The notes: generated from the letters alone by a model not told the origin. Shown: positions 49,109 to 62,344, numbered from the whole stretch's first letter. The stretch is DNA of 62,643 bases, filler included, from Globobulimina sp. (GCA_003354225.1; 23 parts of 23 records of this genome joined end to end with filler, not necessarily neighbours in it), one strand, 5' to 3'. Numbers and translations: made by a program.

Positions 49109-51735
49109 CCACTATACCCCCCACTATGACCCCAACTATGTCCCCATAACACAGCCAATAATGGATGAACTATATGAACTGGAGAACAGTGACCAAACCT
49201 ATGACAGTGACGATGATGTAATCATAGTCATACCCCCGCAAACGCCGCACACTCCACCGGCCCGCACCTACATTGCTGAGGAAGACGAAAAAAGAGCTGT
49301 TGATAATACATCACCGCGGTGCAATACATTGAACACCAATAAAAAAGCCAAATACCACTCCGTGGAGCTTGCCATTTCCTATGCAAACCAAAACAGTGCC
49401 CCTGGATATGATGGCATCAAATCTGTGCACCTCAAAACCAACGGCACCTCCATAAATGAACTACTATGCATAATGTTTAACGTCTGGAATAAGTCATACT
49501 TCATCCCATATTATTGGAGGCTGGGCACTGTAATACCGATACTAAAAACAAAAAATGGCGACACGCCAAACCAGTACCGACCCATCACTCTGTTACCTAT
49601 TATATTTAAAACATATGAAAGATTAATCCTTTGGGAGATGAGCATAAAACACAAATTCAGAAAAAATCTACATACATTACAAGGCGGCAATAGATCGAGA
49701 AGAGGCGTCCCAGAGCAGATTGGTTGCATCAATTTGATTGCTGAAACTGCCAAAATGAGAGAGATCTCCCTTTACTGTGCCCTCCTTGATATCAGAAAAG
49801 CCTTTGATACTGTTTGGAGAAAGGGGCTCCTCTATAAACTAAATAATCAATTCAAAATACCACTGCATCTCTGTAAAATAATAACTGCCATTTATGATAA
49901 TTCTCAGTCTGCCATCCGAGACCTACCCTTCATAACAAATAAATTCTTGCTCCATAATGGTGTGCTACAAGGGTCTGTTTTGTCCCCTGTCCTCTATGCA
50001 GCTTTCTTAAATGATTTAATTGAGGAATTGCAAAATTCAAATTGTGGCGCTGCCTCGCCTGACCCCGATGAGCCGATTGCTTGTACTTTTTACGCGGATG
50101 ATATCATACTGACTGCGAATAAAATCTCCCATTTGAATAAACTATTAAAAATCTGCCAAAACCACAGCAACCATTGGCGCTACCAATTTAACCACAAAAA
50201 ATCAAAAACAATAATATATAATGACAATACCCTCAATAACAACAACATAAATACATATAATATAAACGATATAATGCTAATAAATCACGAATACCATAAT
50301 TCAAATAAAATAGACAATAATAAACCTGCCCCAATGATAATAATTCAAAAACCTATAAATCACCAAGTGCTGGCGATAAATATCAATAATACATTGCTCA
50401 AATACGATATAGACGAAATCCCACAAAAACACTTGCAACGATTCATAGATCACGTCAAGTTCTACGGTGATATTAATAATAAGCCATATCCAATAATGTG
50501 GGACAACATAAGATATGACCGTGACTATACACCGTCTGTAATGCATTTAAAGCTACGCCTCAATGGAGAAAGTCTACACTGCACAACATTCATCAGATAT
50601 CTCGGTGCTATGTTGTGCAGCTATGACAACACCAACTTGGTGTCCACGAAGTATACGAATACGGCTTTCCTCAAAAAACTTGACTTAAAAGCTTACATTT
50701 TAGGAAAACTGGATTTTAATCATATATTTATCTCCCTCGCTGACAAAATACGCATACTAAAGACATTCTATTTAGTATATACGGAGATATTTGCTCAAAT
50801 TCTTGATTGTGATACAATCAAACTAAAGGAGGCTACAGACAAACAACTAAAAACTATCCGCACACAGACACAAATAAAAAACTTCGTCCCGGCGCAGCTC
50901 TATCTTTGGGCGGGTATTCCAACACCATATGAACGGTGGGTGTCACTCAAAATGTCCTTTTATTGGAAATTGTTGAAAGGAGGAAATATATCCATGATGC
51001 ACAAATGGGCAAAAATGACCCACATCCACCACCATAAACTCTTCAAACAATATATTGATATAAAAAATAAATGGCTCCCAGCAACACCACAAACCATAAA
51101 CAACAAAACAGTCTGGACAGACCCCTTTGATATTGTTTCACATTCACACGAACTAAAACCATTAATTGTGAAGAACCAACATATACAAATCATTAATGCA
51201 TTAAATTATTATCATCCAATCAAAATCCTAAATCATATCACCGATAACTATAAACCAATGAATTGCTATGAAATCAATGAATTGGCTGATTATGTAAGAA
51301 TTGAAATGATCTCAGTTTATAGAGAGTTATTCTACAATTTCAACACAAAAAATAATTACTGCCATCTTTGTCATTCTGCAACCAATGTCCCCATTGAATA
51401 TCATCTGACTGTGCTCTGCCCAAATCTAAACATACTGAGACATGAATACTGGAATCATGCCTCTGCAACATTTGCAATAAGCGGTGCTGCAATAAATAAA
51501 ATACACCATCACCTATATATGCAACGACTAATTGAAATGTGTCAAAATGTCAATCTACAAAAAGCCCAATTTTGGAAGATCCTCTGTGGTGCAAACATCT
51601 ATAATACTACCACCAATAAGTTTGCCTATGCACACCAACAAATAAATATTAATACAAACAAACATACTTTATACAAAGAAGTAATATCCCAAACTCATCG
51701 TTGGCTCACTCACACACTCGATATAAATAATGGGA
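49109..51735 (+). mobile_element. Non-LTR retrotransposon ORF2 fragment (RT + C-terminal CCHC), both ends truncated
   Basis: SAPGYDGI, YRPITLL, LDIRKAFDTV, GVLQGSVLSP, FYADD, RYLG, CHLC..EYHLTVLC; uninterrupted frame. Confidence 0.93.
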
Positions 51736-52379
51736 NNNNNNNNNNNNNNNNNNNNNNNNNNNNNNNNNNNNNNNNNNNNTTAATTAATTAANNNNNNNNN
51801 NNNNNNNNNNNNNNNNNNNNNNNNNNNNNNNNNNNACTGCAAAAATACCATTAATTTGCAAATATAATATGGACAAATAGAAACAATAATAAGATATTTG
51901 CTGGACATTTGTGACAAGTTTATAGCAACTTTGCATCATTCAGTCCATAATTACATACATTTCAGGTTTGCGGGATGACTCCGAAATTTTATGTCAGTCA
52001 GTATTATTCCATCCCGCCTCTTACCATGCAAATGCACACCACCATCACCACCCTTTCTTATGACCATCAGTAGTCCGTAATTCATTTTTCATCATTAGTC
52101 CGTAACATCTTCTCATTCATACATCCCCTCACATCCTCATCCATCACACAATGCATTCATCATTGTCACTAATCGACACAATCGGACGTAATTAGTGAGC
52201 CGTGCATTTAGATTTATGCTGTTGAATAGCTTTTGGAAAACTGTACTGTACAGCTTTTGGAAAACTGTACTCGACCATTTTTTAGTTTGCGAAGTCTTGG
52301 AGTTTAGTTTAATAATTAGTGAGACATATAGAACCAGTATTACAATCACGTACACATTACAATCACGTATACAAACAGC

Positions 52380-53955
52380 ATGTCCACACTTATTAATAAA
52401 TCAAATAACCACGTTACCCAACCTGGCAACGATATCGAACCCATAAAAATCTCCTATGACGACAACACGACCATTGAATGGCACGGTATAACAGACGCTC
52501 TCCCGACAGCCAAACGACATATAAGCCACAGAAGTCAAAGCATCATGATGGACACATCTCCCATGGAAGAAAAGCAAATTGAAAACGAGCACAAACATTA
52601 TCAATCTTGGTCGGAAACGGTGACGCGAGCAGTACGTAATCAAGTTGTTGTTCTCGGCGATTCCCGTTTAGTACAGTCGACAATCAGTGTGGCACAGTCC
52701 ACCATCAGTAACGCCATCACCTTAATGCAAAAAGAAGCTCTGGGCTATGCAGCTGCGACCACCGCCTTCGCCACGTTCACCATTGGCGTGAGCATGTTGG
52801 CCGAGCACAGTTACACCAAATTGCTGCAATGGGACGCCGATGATACGTTTGCCAAAAAAGCAAATTATAACAGCAAAGTGGAATTATTCAACAGCAAAAT
52901 CGATGCGGTCGCAGCTTTGACCAAGAAAATTTCGGAAAAAAAGAGAGAATTAATACGGCATGAAGCCAAACTGCAGAATACAGAATTTGTGGTGGAGCGC
53001 TCCTTCGTGAATGCAAAAGTAATGGTCGCCATTGGTCCCACCGGTTATGGCAAATCGCTGTTTTGTAACCGGATGATTGGAAATCAGAAAGACATTGAAA
53101 CGCTCTCTGAGTCTGACTATGAAGAATATGCAGTGGCGGAAGAAGGTATATTACATTTTCTACAACTTTTATTTTCTACAATTGCATGTATACAAAAATT
53201 GAGGCGACACTGAAGCCCAAACCATTGAAATTCAGAAATCCATTCGCCAGGTTAAGATTATTGAGAAACAAATAACTGATTTGTTTGACGATGACTTAAA
53301 ATGTGAAGGTACCGGCGGTGGCAATGGCATCGAGGACACCAAAGTTATTAAGTTGTCTGTGGTGGACACACAGGGCGCGTTTGATACGAATAACAATGAC
53401 AAACATTTCCAGAATCAAATTGCAGAATATTTTCGAGCTTGCGGTGGGGTGAATATGTTTTGCATTTTCTTCAAATTTAAAAATAAGATTGATTCAAATT
53501 ATCAGCGGTTGTTGCAGGAATATGAGACCTTTTGGGGCAAATATTTTTGGAAACATTGTGTGATTATTATAACAAATTGCGACTTGGACAGCGATCCAGT
53601 GCTTTCAGAAAAGTGTAGAAAAAAATTGAATAAAAAGTTGACGAAATTCACCAAGCCGCAAATTACACAGTTTTTGTACGATGTGTCGGATGGCGAATGT
53701 GTGGATGTTCCGATTTTTTGTTTTGGCGAAGAAAATTATCATTGTTCGACCAGGAGTATTTTGCAGGCACTTGGCAATGAAGGCAGTGTGTTTTCGAAAA
53801 AGTATAAATGTGAAAATATTGTATGTCCCATGGATGCGCTGTGGGAAGAGTTGAATGTTATTTTTGAAGAATATAAGAAAGTGTTGATGGATATAAATGT
53901 TTTGGGAAAGGAAATTGAAGCACTTAAAAAGGATAAGAAAGTTCAAGAAAAATAG
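52380..53955 (+). CDS. AIG1/GIMAP-like P-loop GTPase with N-terminal TM segment and coiled coils; intron 53146-53203
   Basis: G1 IGPTGYGKSLFCN, G3 VVDTQG, FWKHCVIIITNCD; intron restores frame between ORFs 52380 and 53281. Confidence 0.85.
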
Positions 53956-54562
53956 CAAATTTGTAAGGTATTCGACCATTATCTTTTGTTAATCAGAAGT
54001 CAGAACATTGAATGGTCGGATATGATTTGTATTTTTTCGCTGTTAGAAAGGCTTTATATATTATCGTATTTTTTTATATATGTACGAAAGTGGTTCATTT
54101 TTTTTTTCATAAATTAATGATTAGTAAGTAAGTAACGTATTAAACAGATAAACACATAAACAACTTAAACATAAACACATAAATCCATTGAAACTCCGTT
54201 TGACATTATTCTTAGAAAAAATCCACTAAGGTTTTTTAGCAAATCCAATGAAAAAATCACTTGTCATCTGACTGACATCCCCTCAAAGCTGGTTTCACAA
54301 ATCATAGCCAAATTTCCACAACGCTGATCCGCAAAAAATACGCCGTTGTTTTCATAAACACGTTTCTTGTCTCGAAAAAACAATTTGAATAATATACTAC
54401 TATCATAATTCATTTAATTCATCCCTCATTCAATTTAATTCATCCCTCAATTCATTTAATTCNNNNNNNNNNNNNNNNNNNNNNNNNNNNNNNNNNNNNN
54501 NNNNNNTTAATTAATTAANNNNNNNNNNNNNNNNNNNNNNNNNNNNNNNNNNNNNNNNNNNN

Positions 54563-55118
54563 CTCCTCGGATAGTTTGAACAATCTATTAATTAATTTGA
54601 AAAAGGAGAAGAAGGATAAAAATACTGTGCCGAAACTAGTAACGGCCGCGTCGACGTCGACCACTACGATGACACATTACAACCACACACCGATCACGCC
54701 CTACACCACCACCACGACACAGACGTCGTTTGACAAATATCCGGCGTTGATTGACATTAATGACATTCCCGCGTCATACCACCATCGGATACAGTCTCTG
54801 CAGTCGAAATTGATGAAGAAAGGGTCGAGTTTGAACGCGTTGGTGGATTATGACGATAAGTCGTCGGATACGCACACGCAGAATACGCACAAATCGCCGT
54901 CGAGTCTGGAGATTGAGGAGAAGGACGTTGTCAGTAAGGAACAGCCGGAGTTCATGACGAATGATTCCAGTGTGGAGATAGAAATTGTATCGCCTGACTC
55001 GCGTCAGATGAAGCGGAAAAAAAGGGAGACGAAACGACAACATTCGGTGTCGCGACAGCCGTCGTTGCCGACATTGCCGGAGGAACATATGGATTCTATT
55101 AATAATACAGTTAAGTAA
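54563..55118 (+). CDS. 3' fragment of a low-complexity hypothetical protein
   Basis: Open frame from the contig edge; higher GC than its surroundings; Thr/Ser-rich. Confidence 0.55.
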
Positions 55119-57189
55119 AAAGGTTCAAGTCTTGCACAGAGGGCCAGTTTTCAGCTGTGTTGTTTGGTGCGTTTTCGATATCGATGTGTTTTGAGGGTTC
55201 GTTATGTTGTAATAATACTTGCGAGGTGAGATTATGCGGACTGATGCTGGAAATGACGTGTTTTGTGTGTTGGAATAATGAATTTTGTCGAGTTTGCGTC
55301 TTTGTCAATCGGTATTGCATTAATTTTGTATTTTCATTGGTTAAGTCGTTGATTGTATCGCTTAATTGATGTACTTGATGTATTAATGCATGATTTGAGC
55401 TTTGTAATTGTTGTTCGCGTCTAGTAAATGATAGTTTATCTGACTCGCTATGTTGTTTTAAACAGTGATATCTGAATTGATGCAGGACATAGAATGATAT
55501 TTTGACACTTTGCGTTTGTATGATTGCGGATAATTTCTGTTTGCGTTGTTGTACTGTATTATAACGACACAACCAAATCCGAAATAGTTTGTGTTTCTTA
55601 TTGTTAGCGATATGCTGTAATAAACTGGAAACATATGTTTCTTTGGCTTTATATCGATAATCTTTCACTTTTTGTTTAACTGCTTTAAATTTGGCACCTT
55701 GTCTTTTAAAATCCGTTTGCATTGCTTCAGTTTCACATAATTCCATTGAAAAGTGTTTGTTTTGAGTCACTAACTGCAGATTTTCATGTGTTAAGTTGTG
55801 TATTTCTTGCTTTTGTTGCTTTGTTTCTGCAGACCATTGGTGTCGCAATGCGTTATTTTTTAGTTTATAAATTGCATCGTATTTATGTTTATAAGCTTGT
55901 TTGGATAAAGAAAATTGTATATAGCTTTTCCGTGCAATATCTACAATTTGACGGTTTTTCCATTGATACAGTGATCGCAATAAAATCCGATCTTGTTTCA
56001 TATGCAATGCTCTCTGTAGTTGACCTGTTTTGTATTGTGAATGGATATCGTGTATTTGCTTATTTTTTGCATGTAATTGCATATATAATGAACGAATTCG
56101 CCATTTACATAGAAAAACATGTGTATGCAGTGCATTTGCTTTGTTTTTTGCAATGGATTGTGAGATAATCAATAAACCGTTGTATTTATAATTGGTTTGT
56201 TTAATTATATTATCATAGTGTTTGCTAACTGTAATTAATTTTTCCTTGACTTTGCCGTATGATATTTGGTGTTTCCATGTCGTTAATACCTCCTTTTTTG
56301 TATCTATATTCTTTTTGACATAATGTGATAAAATCAATCGTGCGAATTTTAAATTTCTCTCTTGTCGATTTTGCCAAAATTTAAATATCTTTGCAACTCG
56401 TTTCTCGTTATATTTTCTGTATAAATTACCGCTTTGATATTGAGTTTTTTTACACAAACATATTTTCCATTTATTAATGGACATTTTGTATGTTTTGTGT
56501 CGGTAATATTTACACAATTTATGTAATGTATCTTTTCGCAAACCGGATATATATATTTTTGTACATTGTTTTTGCCATTTAATCATTGCGGATTTTAACA
56601 CTGTCCGTTGTGATATATCCACAGACTTTGCCATACTCCGAAAACGTAATTCTTTGAAATGATTTGTATTCATTTTTGACATTTTGAATGTTGTACAATG
56701 GGCTCTCCATAAATGCAATGCATTTCGTTGTGTTGTATGCTTTGGAATTTCAAGCACTTGTCTTAGTAAACATTTTTTATGATATTCCTTCATCCATATT
56801 CTAAATACATTTTGTAACTGATTTTGTGTAACTTTTTTTTGTATTGCGGTTGTTCGTATATTCAGTGATTTATTTGCTTCACATTTCAATTTCCAGACGA
56901 ATATATACTTTAATTTATCAATACTGGCATTACGCTGTTTGTGTTGTTGTTTGATACCCATTAAATTCCATTCATTCAATGCATTTCTTATTAATTTTGT
57001 ATTTTGATCGGTAATGAACCGCATTAATAAAATATTTCTGTGTTTTATCATTTTGCAAATAATATTCCATTGCTTGAAATGCGCAGTCATTGACATATTT
57101 GAGTTTGCTTTCATGTTTTGTATTACTTCACGTTTTTGTGACAATTTTTGCAAAGATTTTACGCTTTTGAGACAATCCATCTTTTGTTT
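55111..57189 (-). CDS. Sfi1-like repeat / coiled-coil protein, 3' part
   Basis: Periodic Trp motifs (LIRNALNEW, LQNVFRIW, LKSAMIKW, VAKIFKFW, LLRSLYQW) resemble centrin-binding Sfi1 repeats. Confidence 0.6.
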   Translation of the reverse strand, partial: KQKMDCLKSVKSLQKLSQKREVIQNMKANSNMSMTAHFKQWNIICKMIKHRNILLMRFITDQNTKLIRNALNEWNLMGIKQQHKQRNASIDKLKYIFVWKLKCEANKSLNIRTTAIQKKVTQNQLQNVFRIWMKEYHKKCLLRQVLEIPKHTTQRNALHLWRAHCTTFKMSKMNTNHFKELRFRSMAKSVDISQRTVLKSAMIKWQKQCTKIYISGLRKDTLHKLCKYYRHKTYKMSINKWKICLCKKTQYQSGNLYRKYNEKRVAKIFKFWQNRQERNLKFARLILSHYVKKNIDTKKEVLTTWKHQISYGKVKEKLITVSKHYDNIIKQTNYKYNGLLIISQSIAKNKANALHTHVFLCKWRIRSLYMQLHAKNKQIHDIHSQYKTGQLQRALHMKQDRILLRSLYQWKNRQIVDIARKSYIQFSLSKQAYKHKYDAIYKLKNNALRHQWSAETKQQKQEIHNLTHENLQLVTQNKHFSMELCETEAMQTDFKRQGAKFKAVKQKVKDYRYKAKETYVSSLLQHIANNKKHKLFRIWLCRYNTVQQRKQKLSAIIQTQSVKISFYVLHQFRYHCLKQHSESDKLSFTRREQQLQSSNHALIHQVHQLSDTINDLTNENTKLMQYRLTKTQTRQNSLFQHTKHVISSISPHNLTSQVLLQHNEPSKHIDIENAPNNTAENWPSVQDLNLFT

Positions 57190-57289
57190 NNNNNNNNNNN
57201 NNNNNNNNNNNNNNNNNNNNNNNNNNNNNNNNNTTAATTAATTAANNNNNNNNNNNNNNNNNNNNNNNNNNNNNNNNNNNNNNNNNNNN

Positions 57290-57941
57290 CAATGTGTTTC
57301 TGTTTGTTTGCATAAACATTGTCATCGCCATCTTCGACCGGCGGCAGCCCTCTGTCCATCGGAGTGTCTCTCATAAATATCAGTGTCGGTGCAATAGCAA
57401 CAGCAGTCATTATGGCCGATGCATAAAATACTGCACGCCACGAATCATGAAACCATTTATAAATCCATCCCAAACTCGCCCTCGCCACGGAATCGCCAAA
57501 CAGCCCCGACATGTTACAAAAGGCCATGACGCGGCCACGATGTGAGGGTCTGATCCAATTGCAATTTGCGGCCACGATGACCAAACCAATTAATCCATGC
57601 CGTCGCAATAAAGAAACGCAGACTAAACCATAATATATATGCTACAGCAACCCGTACACTCTCATTTGCAACATTCAGCACAGCAAATGCAACACTTACC
57701 ATTGGTGCCAATACCAATGTGATTAACATTGCTTTCAGTCCAGATTTCAAATATGAACTGAATCAATAAAAATGCCTAAGATGATTTTGCCCGATGCGTA
57801 GGCGGCGTAACCCAAAGATAGCATAATTCCAACATATGTTTTGCCTTTGTCTTGGTCATTGGGAGAAGGATAATCTGCAGAAATAATGGAGTGAGTATCG
57901 CCGATCGGGAATGAAACCTTCGTCAACATTCTGTTTTGCAC
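57290..57941 (-). pseudogene. MFS transporter (GlpT/OPA-like) with frameshifts
   Basis: LSLGYAAYASGKIILGIFID; NWIRPSHRGRVMA; SWRAVFY; MRDTPMDRGLP spread across three frames. Confidence 0.75.
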
Positions 57942-57999
57942 TAAAAAACTTTAGCTAGCAATGCAATGCTTGTATCAGTGCTTGGTGCTTTGTGCCACT

Positions 58000-58740
58000 T
58001 TTATCATATACACAGCAACCATACCACCAGCACCTACGTCGCCGGCATGGATCGACACCGTCCATTTGGTAATAAGTAACCATTTTGATTGTGGTTTTGC
58101 AGGCATTTGCAGTCAATGTCGTGAATAAATATTTCAATGTTTACTTCCCGATGGCAGTATCAAATGGTGACGAATTGGCAAAGGATAATCTATCATTTAC
58201 GTGGCTGACGCAGTCGTGGTTAATCTCAATGTTCTTCGATTGTCCTTCAAATCTGGGAATAAAATGTCCCACTCAAACAGCAAAAGAATATGTCCAATAT
58301 TTATTGGCATGCATTTCCATTCAACTCTCAGATGGAAGTTTATGATGCATTCATGTTACAGTTTGGCTTGAAATTATCGCAGGATCTATCCATCCGACAT
58401 CGAGCTCCAATCAGTTGTATAATTTCACAACGCGATGTTCCTGGAAATGGCTGGAATGGCGAGGTATGGCTCATTAATATTTAAAAAAATAACACCATTA
58501 ATTGCAATTGCAACAGATCAATGATTCCCATATTGATTAATAACAACATCACTGCGATCTCCATCGGTGTCAATGCAGGAAGCTCTCCGCCCGCCGTACC
58601 ACAGATATTTAAATGGAAAGATATGAACAGCAATAAATCGATAATTGCTATGCTTAATCCTGGAGGATATGGAAATGTTATGTTAAATATATTAATTATT
58701 TTTGTTTTAATTTACTGCAGAAACTATTTCATAAAAACAG
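58000..58740 (+). pseudogene. Disrupted GH38-like / DUF5054-type glycoside hydrolase
   Basis: HLVISNHFDCGF, TWLTQSWLIS, IYWHAFPFNSQME, SQRDVPG, SIGVNAGSSPPAVPQIFKW in order but in different frames. Confidence 0.6.
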
Positions 58741-58942
58741 GTTAATTGTTTTCCCATCATATCACCGGTCTATTTACCAAATTATAACAACGGTATGTGC
58801 TGTACATGCGTACTCAGCAAAAATGGGAATACCAATTGTTATTATAATCAAAGCGTTTTTGTGTGTTGTTGTGTTTGTGCAAGGATAACATTTTCTAATT
58901 TTATAGGCAAATACGTACGCATTGTATTGTCAGAGTATTATA

Positions 58943-59896
58943 TTATAATTTTGATGAAACAGTGGCATTTTCCGACTTTTCCAACTTAAAGACTCTCCGT
59001 GCATTATCACTCAAAAATAGCTGCAATGAATCTTTTTTGATCGCCAATTTCCTGCACTCATCGACACATCTTTTAAATGTCAACTGTGGATAATTTGTGC
59101 CAAACATCACCTTTTTTTTGCCATAGCTATTGATAAAATGCAACAGATTCTTTGGATAATACTCCGGTGCATGCGCTGAAGTGTCGATATATACATTTTT
59201 ATGCTTCCACGCCACGGCAATCATCTCCTGAGTCCACGGATAGCCAATGTGGCCGCACACAATTTTCAAGAGAGGGAAATCCAATGCCACTCTGTCAATG
59301 TAAGGGATTGGCCGCCCGACCTCCGATGGACATAATGGTCTGTTCATGATCCAAACATTACATATTATAAAAATGAACGGAATGGAATGGAATGGAAAAA
59401 ATACACTGCCTCACCCTGTATGGCCCACTTGTGTACAAAATGGAATGTCCAATTCAACGCATTTTGTGAATAAAGGATAATAATATCTCGATGTCGGCGG
59501 TTTATCCCATATCCAAGGAACAACGCGAACTCCTCCAAACTGATGCTTTTTAACATAATGATCGATATCTTGGCAGGCCTTGACCGGTGAGGTCAGATCG
59601 ACGGAGACAATGCCGGTGAATCTGTCCGGATATGCTTGCGTATATTCTAATATCTGTTCGTTTGATATCAGTACTTTGTTTGGCCGGTTCCAACCGCATA
59701 ACATTAACTTGTCGACGCCTGCTTCGTTCATTCCGTCCAATGTCAATGATATCGGTGGGTCCCGTCCAAGGTATTGCTTTTTCCATTCATAAACGGGAGA
59801 ATGTGAGGCTCTGAAAAGGTTCTCAACCTCCGGAAGACTGTCAAATAAGCTGCGGATTGGAGGTTGAGCCCAAACGTCTACGATGTCTCGCGACAT
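58943..59896 (-). CDS. Amidohydrolase_2 family metal-dependent hydrolase; intron 59340-59414
   Basis: Spliced PFCTQVGHTGPLCPSEVGRPIPYIDRVALDFP, GHIGYPW, NVYIDTSA, VMFGTNYP. Confidence 0.92.
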
Positions 59897-60016
59897 GTTT
59901 AGGGAAAGTTTTTTTTNNNNNNNNNNNNNNNNNNNNNNNNNNNNNNNNNNNNNNNNNNNNTTAATTAATTAANNNNNNNNNNNNNNNNNNNNNNNNNNNN
60001 NNNNNNNNNNNNNNNN

Positions 60017-60582
60017 AAGAAAACATAATGTTGATTTCATGTCTGTTGCAGTAAAACAATGTATTTTATCACTCATTGCTGTGTTGTCAACAATGTTTTC
60101 ATTATTAGTTGTTGCTATGTTCAATTTATATGTTATATTCATCAGTTTTGATTTCGTGGTTAGCACATTATGTATCATTTTAATGTATTCCTGGAATTCA
60201 TATATTATCGAAAGTATATTTTGTTGCTGTGTTCGGAGAAACAAAAGAAATAAAAATATTAATTTGGAAAATTTGGAATTAAGTTCAAAGACACAGTATG
60301 TTTAACTGTTTTTCCTTAATTGGCAAGATATTAATATGTTGAATGTTGATTATACAGACAAACAAATGATGGCAAGACCTCATTAACAGTGAAAAGAATG
60401 CCAAAAGAGATAGCAAATCAGGCAAAAGTTACATTGATTCCAGATGATATTAACAGTGCTGGCAATGATTTCGAGGTGATTTTTAAACTACATTTAGAAA
60501 ATCACAATTCACTGCCTATTGCAAACATGGATAGAAATAATCCAAATCCAATGCAATTAAAAGATTCAAAATCTATATAATA
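60017..60582 (+). CDS. C-terminal fragment of a multi-TM (GPCR-like) protein; probable intron near 60296-60357
   Basis: Two TM helices (KQCILSLIAVLSTMF; DFVVSTLCIILMY) followed by IFCCC and a soluble tail. Confidence 0.5.
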
Positions 60583-60894
60583 ATAATGATGTTTTTTTGT
60601 TCTCGTTAAATCCGTTTCTTTAATCGTTTTTTCTGTGTGCTTTGTATGTATCGTTGATATGAGCGTACGTTTGCGTTTCCCAACTTTATTATGTTTTCAA
60701 TTTTGCTTTAAATTAGACATTTTAATCTAAATTTAATTAAATATATTCCAAATCGAATCAACACTGTAAAAGGAAGCAATTGGAACAAAAACAGTTAAAT
60801 GCACAAGGTTTATTTTATATATGAAATATTGCATTTAAAACCAGACTTTACTTTTTTGATGAACAGTTTTTATTCTCCTTAAATCATAATAATA

Positions 60895-62344
60895 ATGCTT
60901 AGTTTGTTGCTATCAACACTATTCTGTGTTGGTTTGAGCAAATATAATGAATATTATCATAGATCAGTAACATCCGACGGTGTAGAAATCACAACCATTT
61001 TAGAAGCAAACGAGCCGACAATATGTGATCCAAACGTCAAACAATACAGTGGTTATTTAAGAGCAGGTGGTACAAATAATAATTATTTTTATTGGTTTTT
61101 CGAATCTCGTTCATCACCAAACAAAGACCCGTTTGTCATGTGGTTAACAGGTAATTAAAATATATTATTTTCTTGAAATTTCCTAACTATATACATCCAT
61201 ATATGTACCTAATATACGTAGGAGGCCCAGGTTGTTCATCGCAGTTAGCACTGTTATCAGAAAATGGTCCATGTACTGTGATCAGCACCGCTCGAGACAC
61301 CGCCATCAATGAATATTCCTGGAACACGCATGCCAACATTATGTGGGTGGACCAGCCGCCAGGCACTGGCTTTTCGACTGGAAAGGATGTCACCACAGAA
61401 ACAGAAATATCGCAGGATATGTGGCTTTTTTACAGAATTTCATCACAGTCTATCCGCAATATTTCCAGAACGGCTTTTATATCGTTGGCGAGTCGTACGC
61501 TGGCCACTATATTCCAAATGTAATGAATTACATTTATACGCAGAATCGAGCCCATTCCGGCACAAATATTCCATTATTCGGCTTTGGAATTGGCAATGGA
61601 TTAACTGACCCATTCATTCAATTTGAATATTACGCCAGAATGGCTTACAACTCCTCCACGGCGCTAAACAGTCCGTATTCTGGCATCCCAATCTCGGAGA
61701 CCTTGTTCAATACAATGAGCCGCAGGATACCGGTGTGCCAGTCAGCGATTCAAGTATGCAACGAAAAGGACGACAATGCGGACTGTAACTCGGCATACAA
61801 CACCTGTATGACCAGCGAGGTCGAACCAGTCACTGCGACCGGCGTCAATCCCTATAATTTGAACATCAAATGCGAAGTTCCCGGGTTGTGCTATGACTTC
61901 ACGGCAGAGACCAAATGGTTGAATAATGGCACTGTGCAGCAACAGATCGGCGTGTCAATGACATGGAAGTCGTGCAGTACTTTGGTGAATATTCGATTGG
62001 AGTCGGATTGGATGAGAGATTATGCGCAGTTAATCACGCAACCGATCCAGGATAATGTGCGCGGTTTGATCTATGCGGGGGATTTGGATTTCATTTGTAA
62101 TTGGCTGGGGAATGAAGCGTGGTCTTTGGCATTGCCATGGAACGGACAGCGCGAATTCAATACGACGCAGCCGGCGGATTGGAGTGTGAATGGAAAGGTG
62201 GCGGGGCAGATTCGACAGGGAAAATCAAACACAAATTTTACATTTTTGCGGGTTTATGAAGCCGGACATATGGTTCCTATGGATCAACCACAAGCTGCTT
62301 TGGCTATGTTGGATCAGTTCATTACCAATACTTTAAAACCATGA
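60895..62344 (+). CDS. Serine carboxypeptidase S10 with signal peptide; intron 61151-61221; 1-nt frameshift in a T-run near 61425-61431
   Basis: [64 protein letters not shown]. Confidence 0.95.

Noticed and set aside
49161-51735. Retron, DGR, group II intron or telomerase RT
   Set aside because: APGxDG, YRPITLL, DIRKAFD and the C-terminal CCHC are typical non-LTR retrotransposon features
61420-61435. Programmed frameshift in the carboxypeptidase
   Set aside because: One extra T in a homopolymer restores MWLFLQNF; a sequencing or assembly error is the simplest explanation
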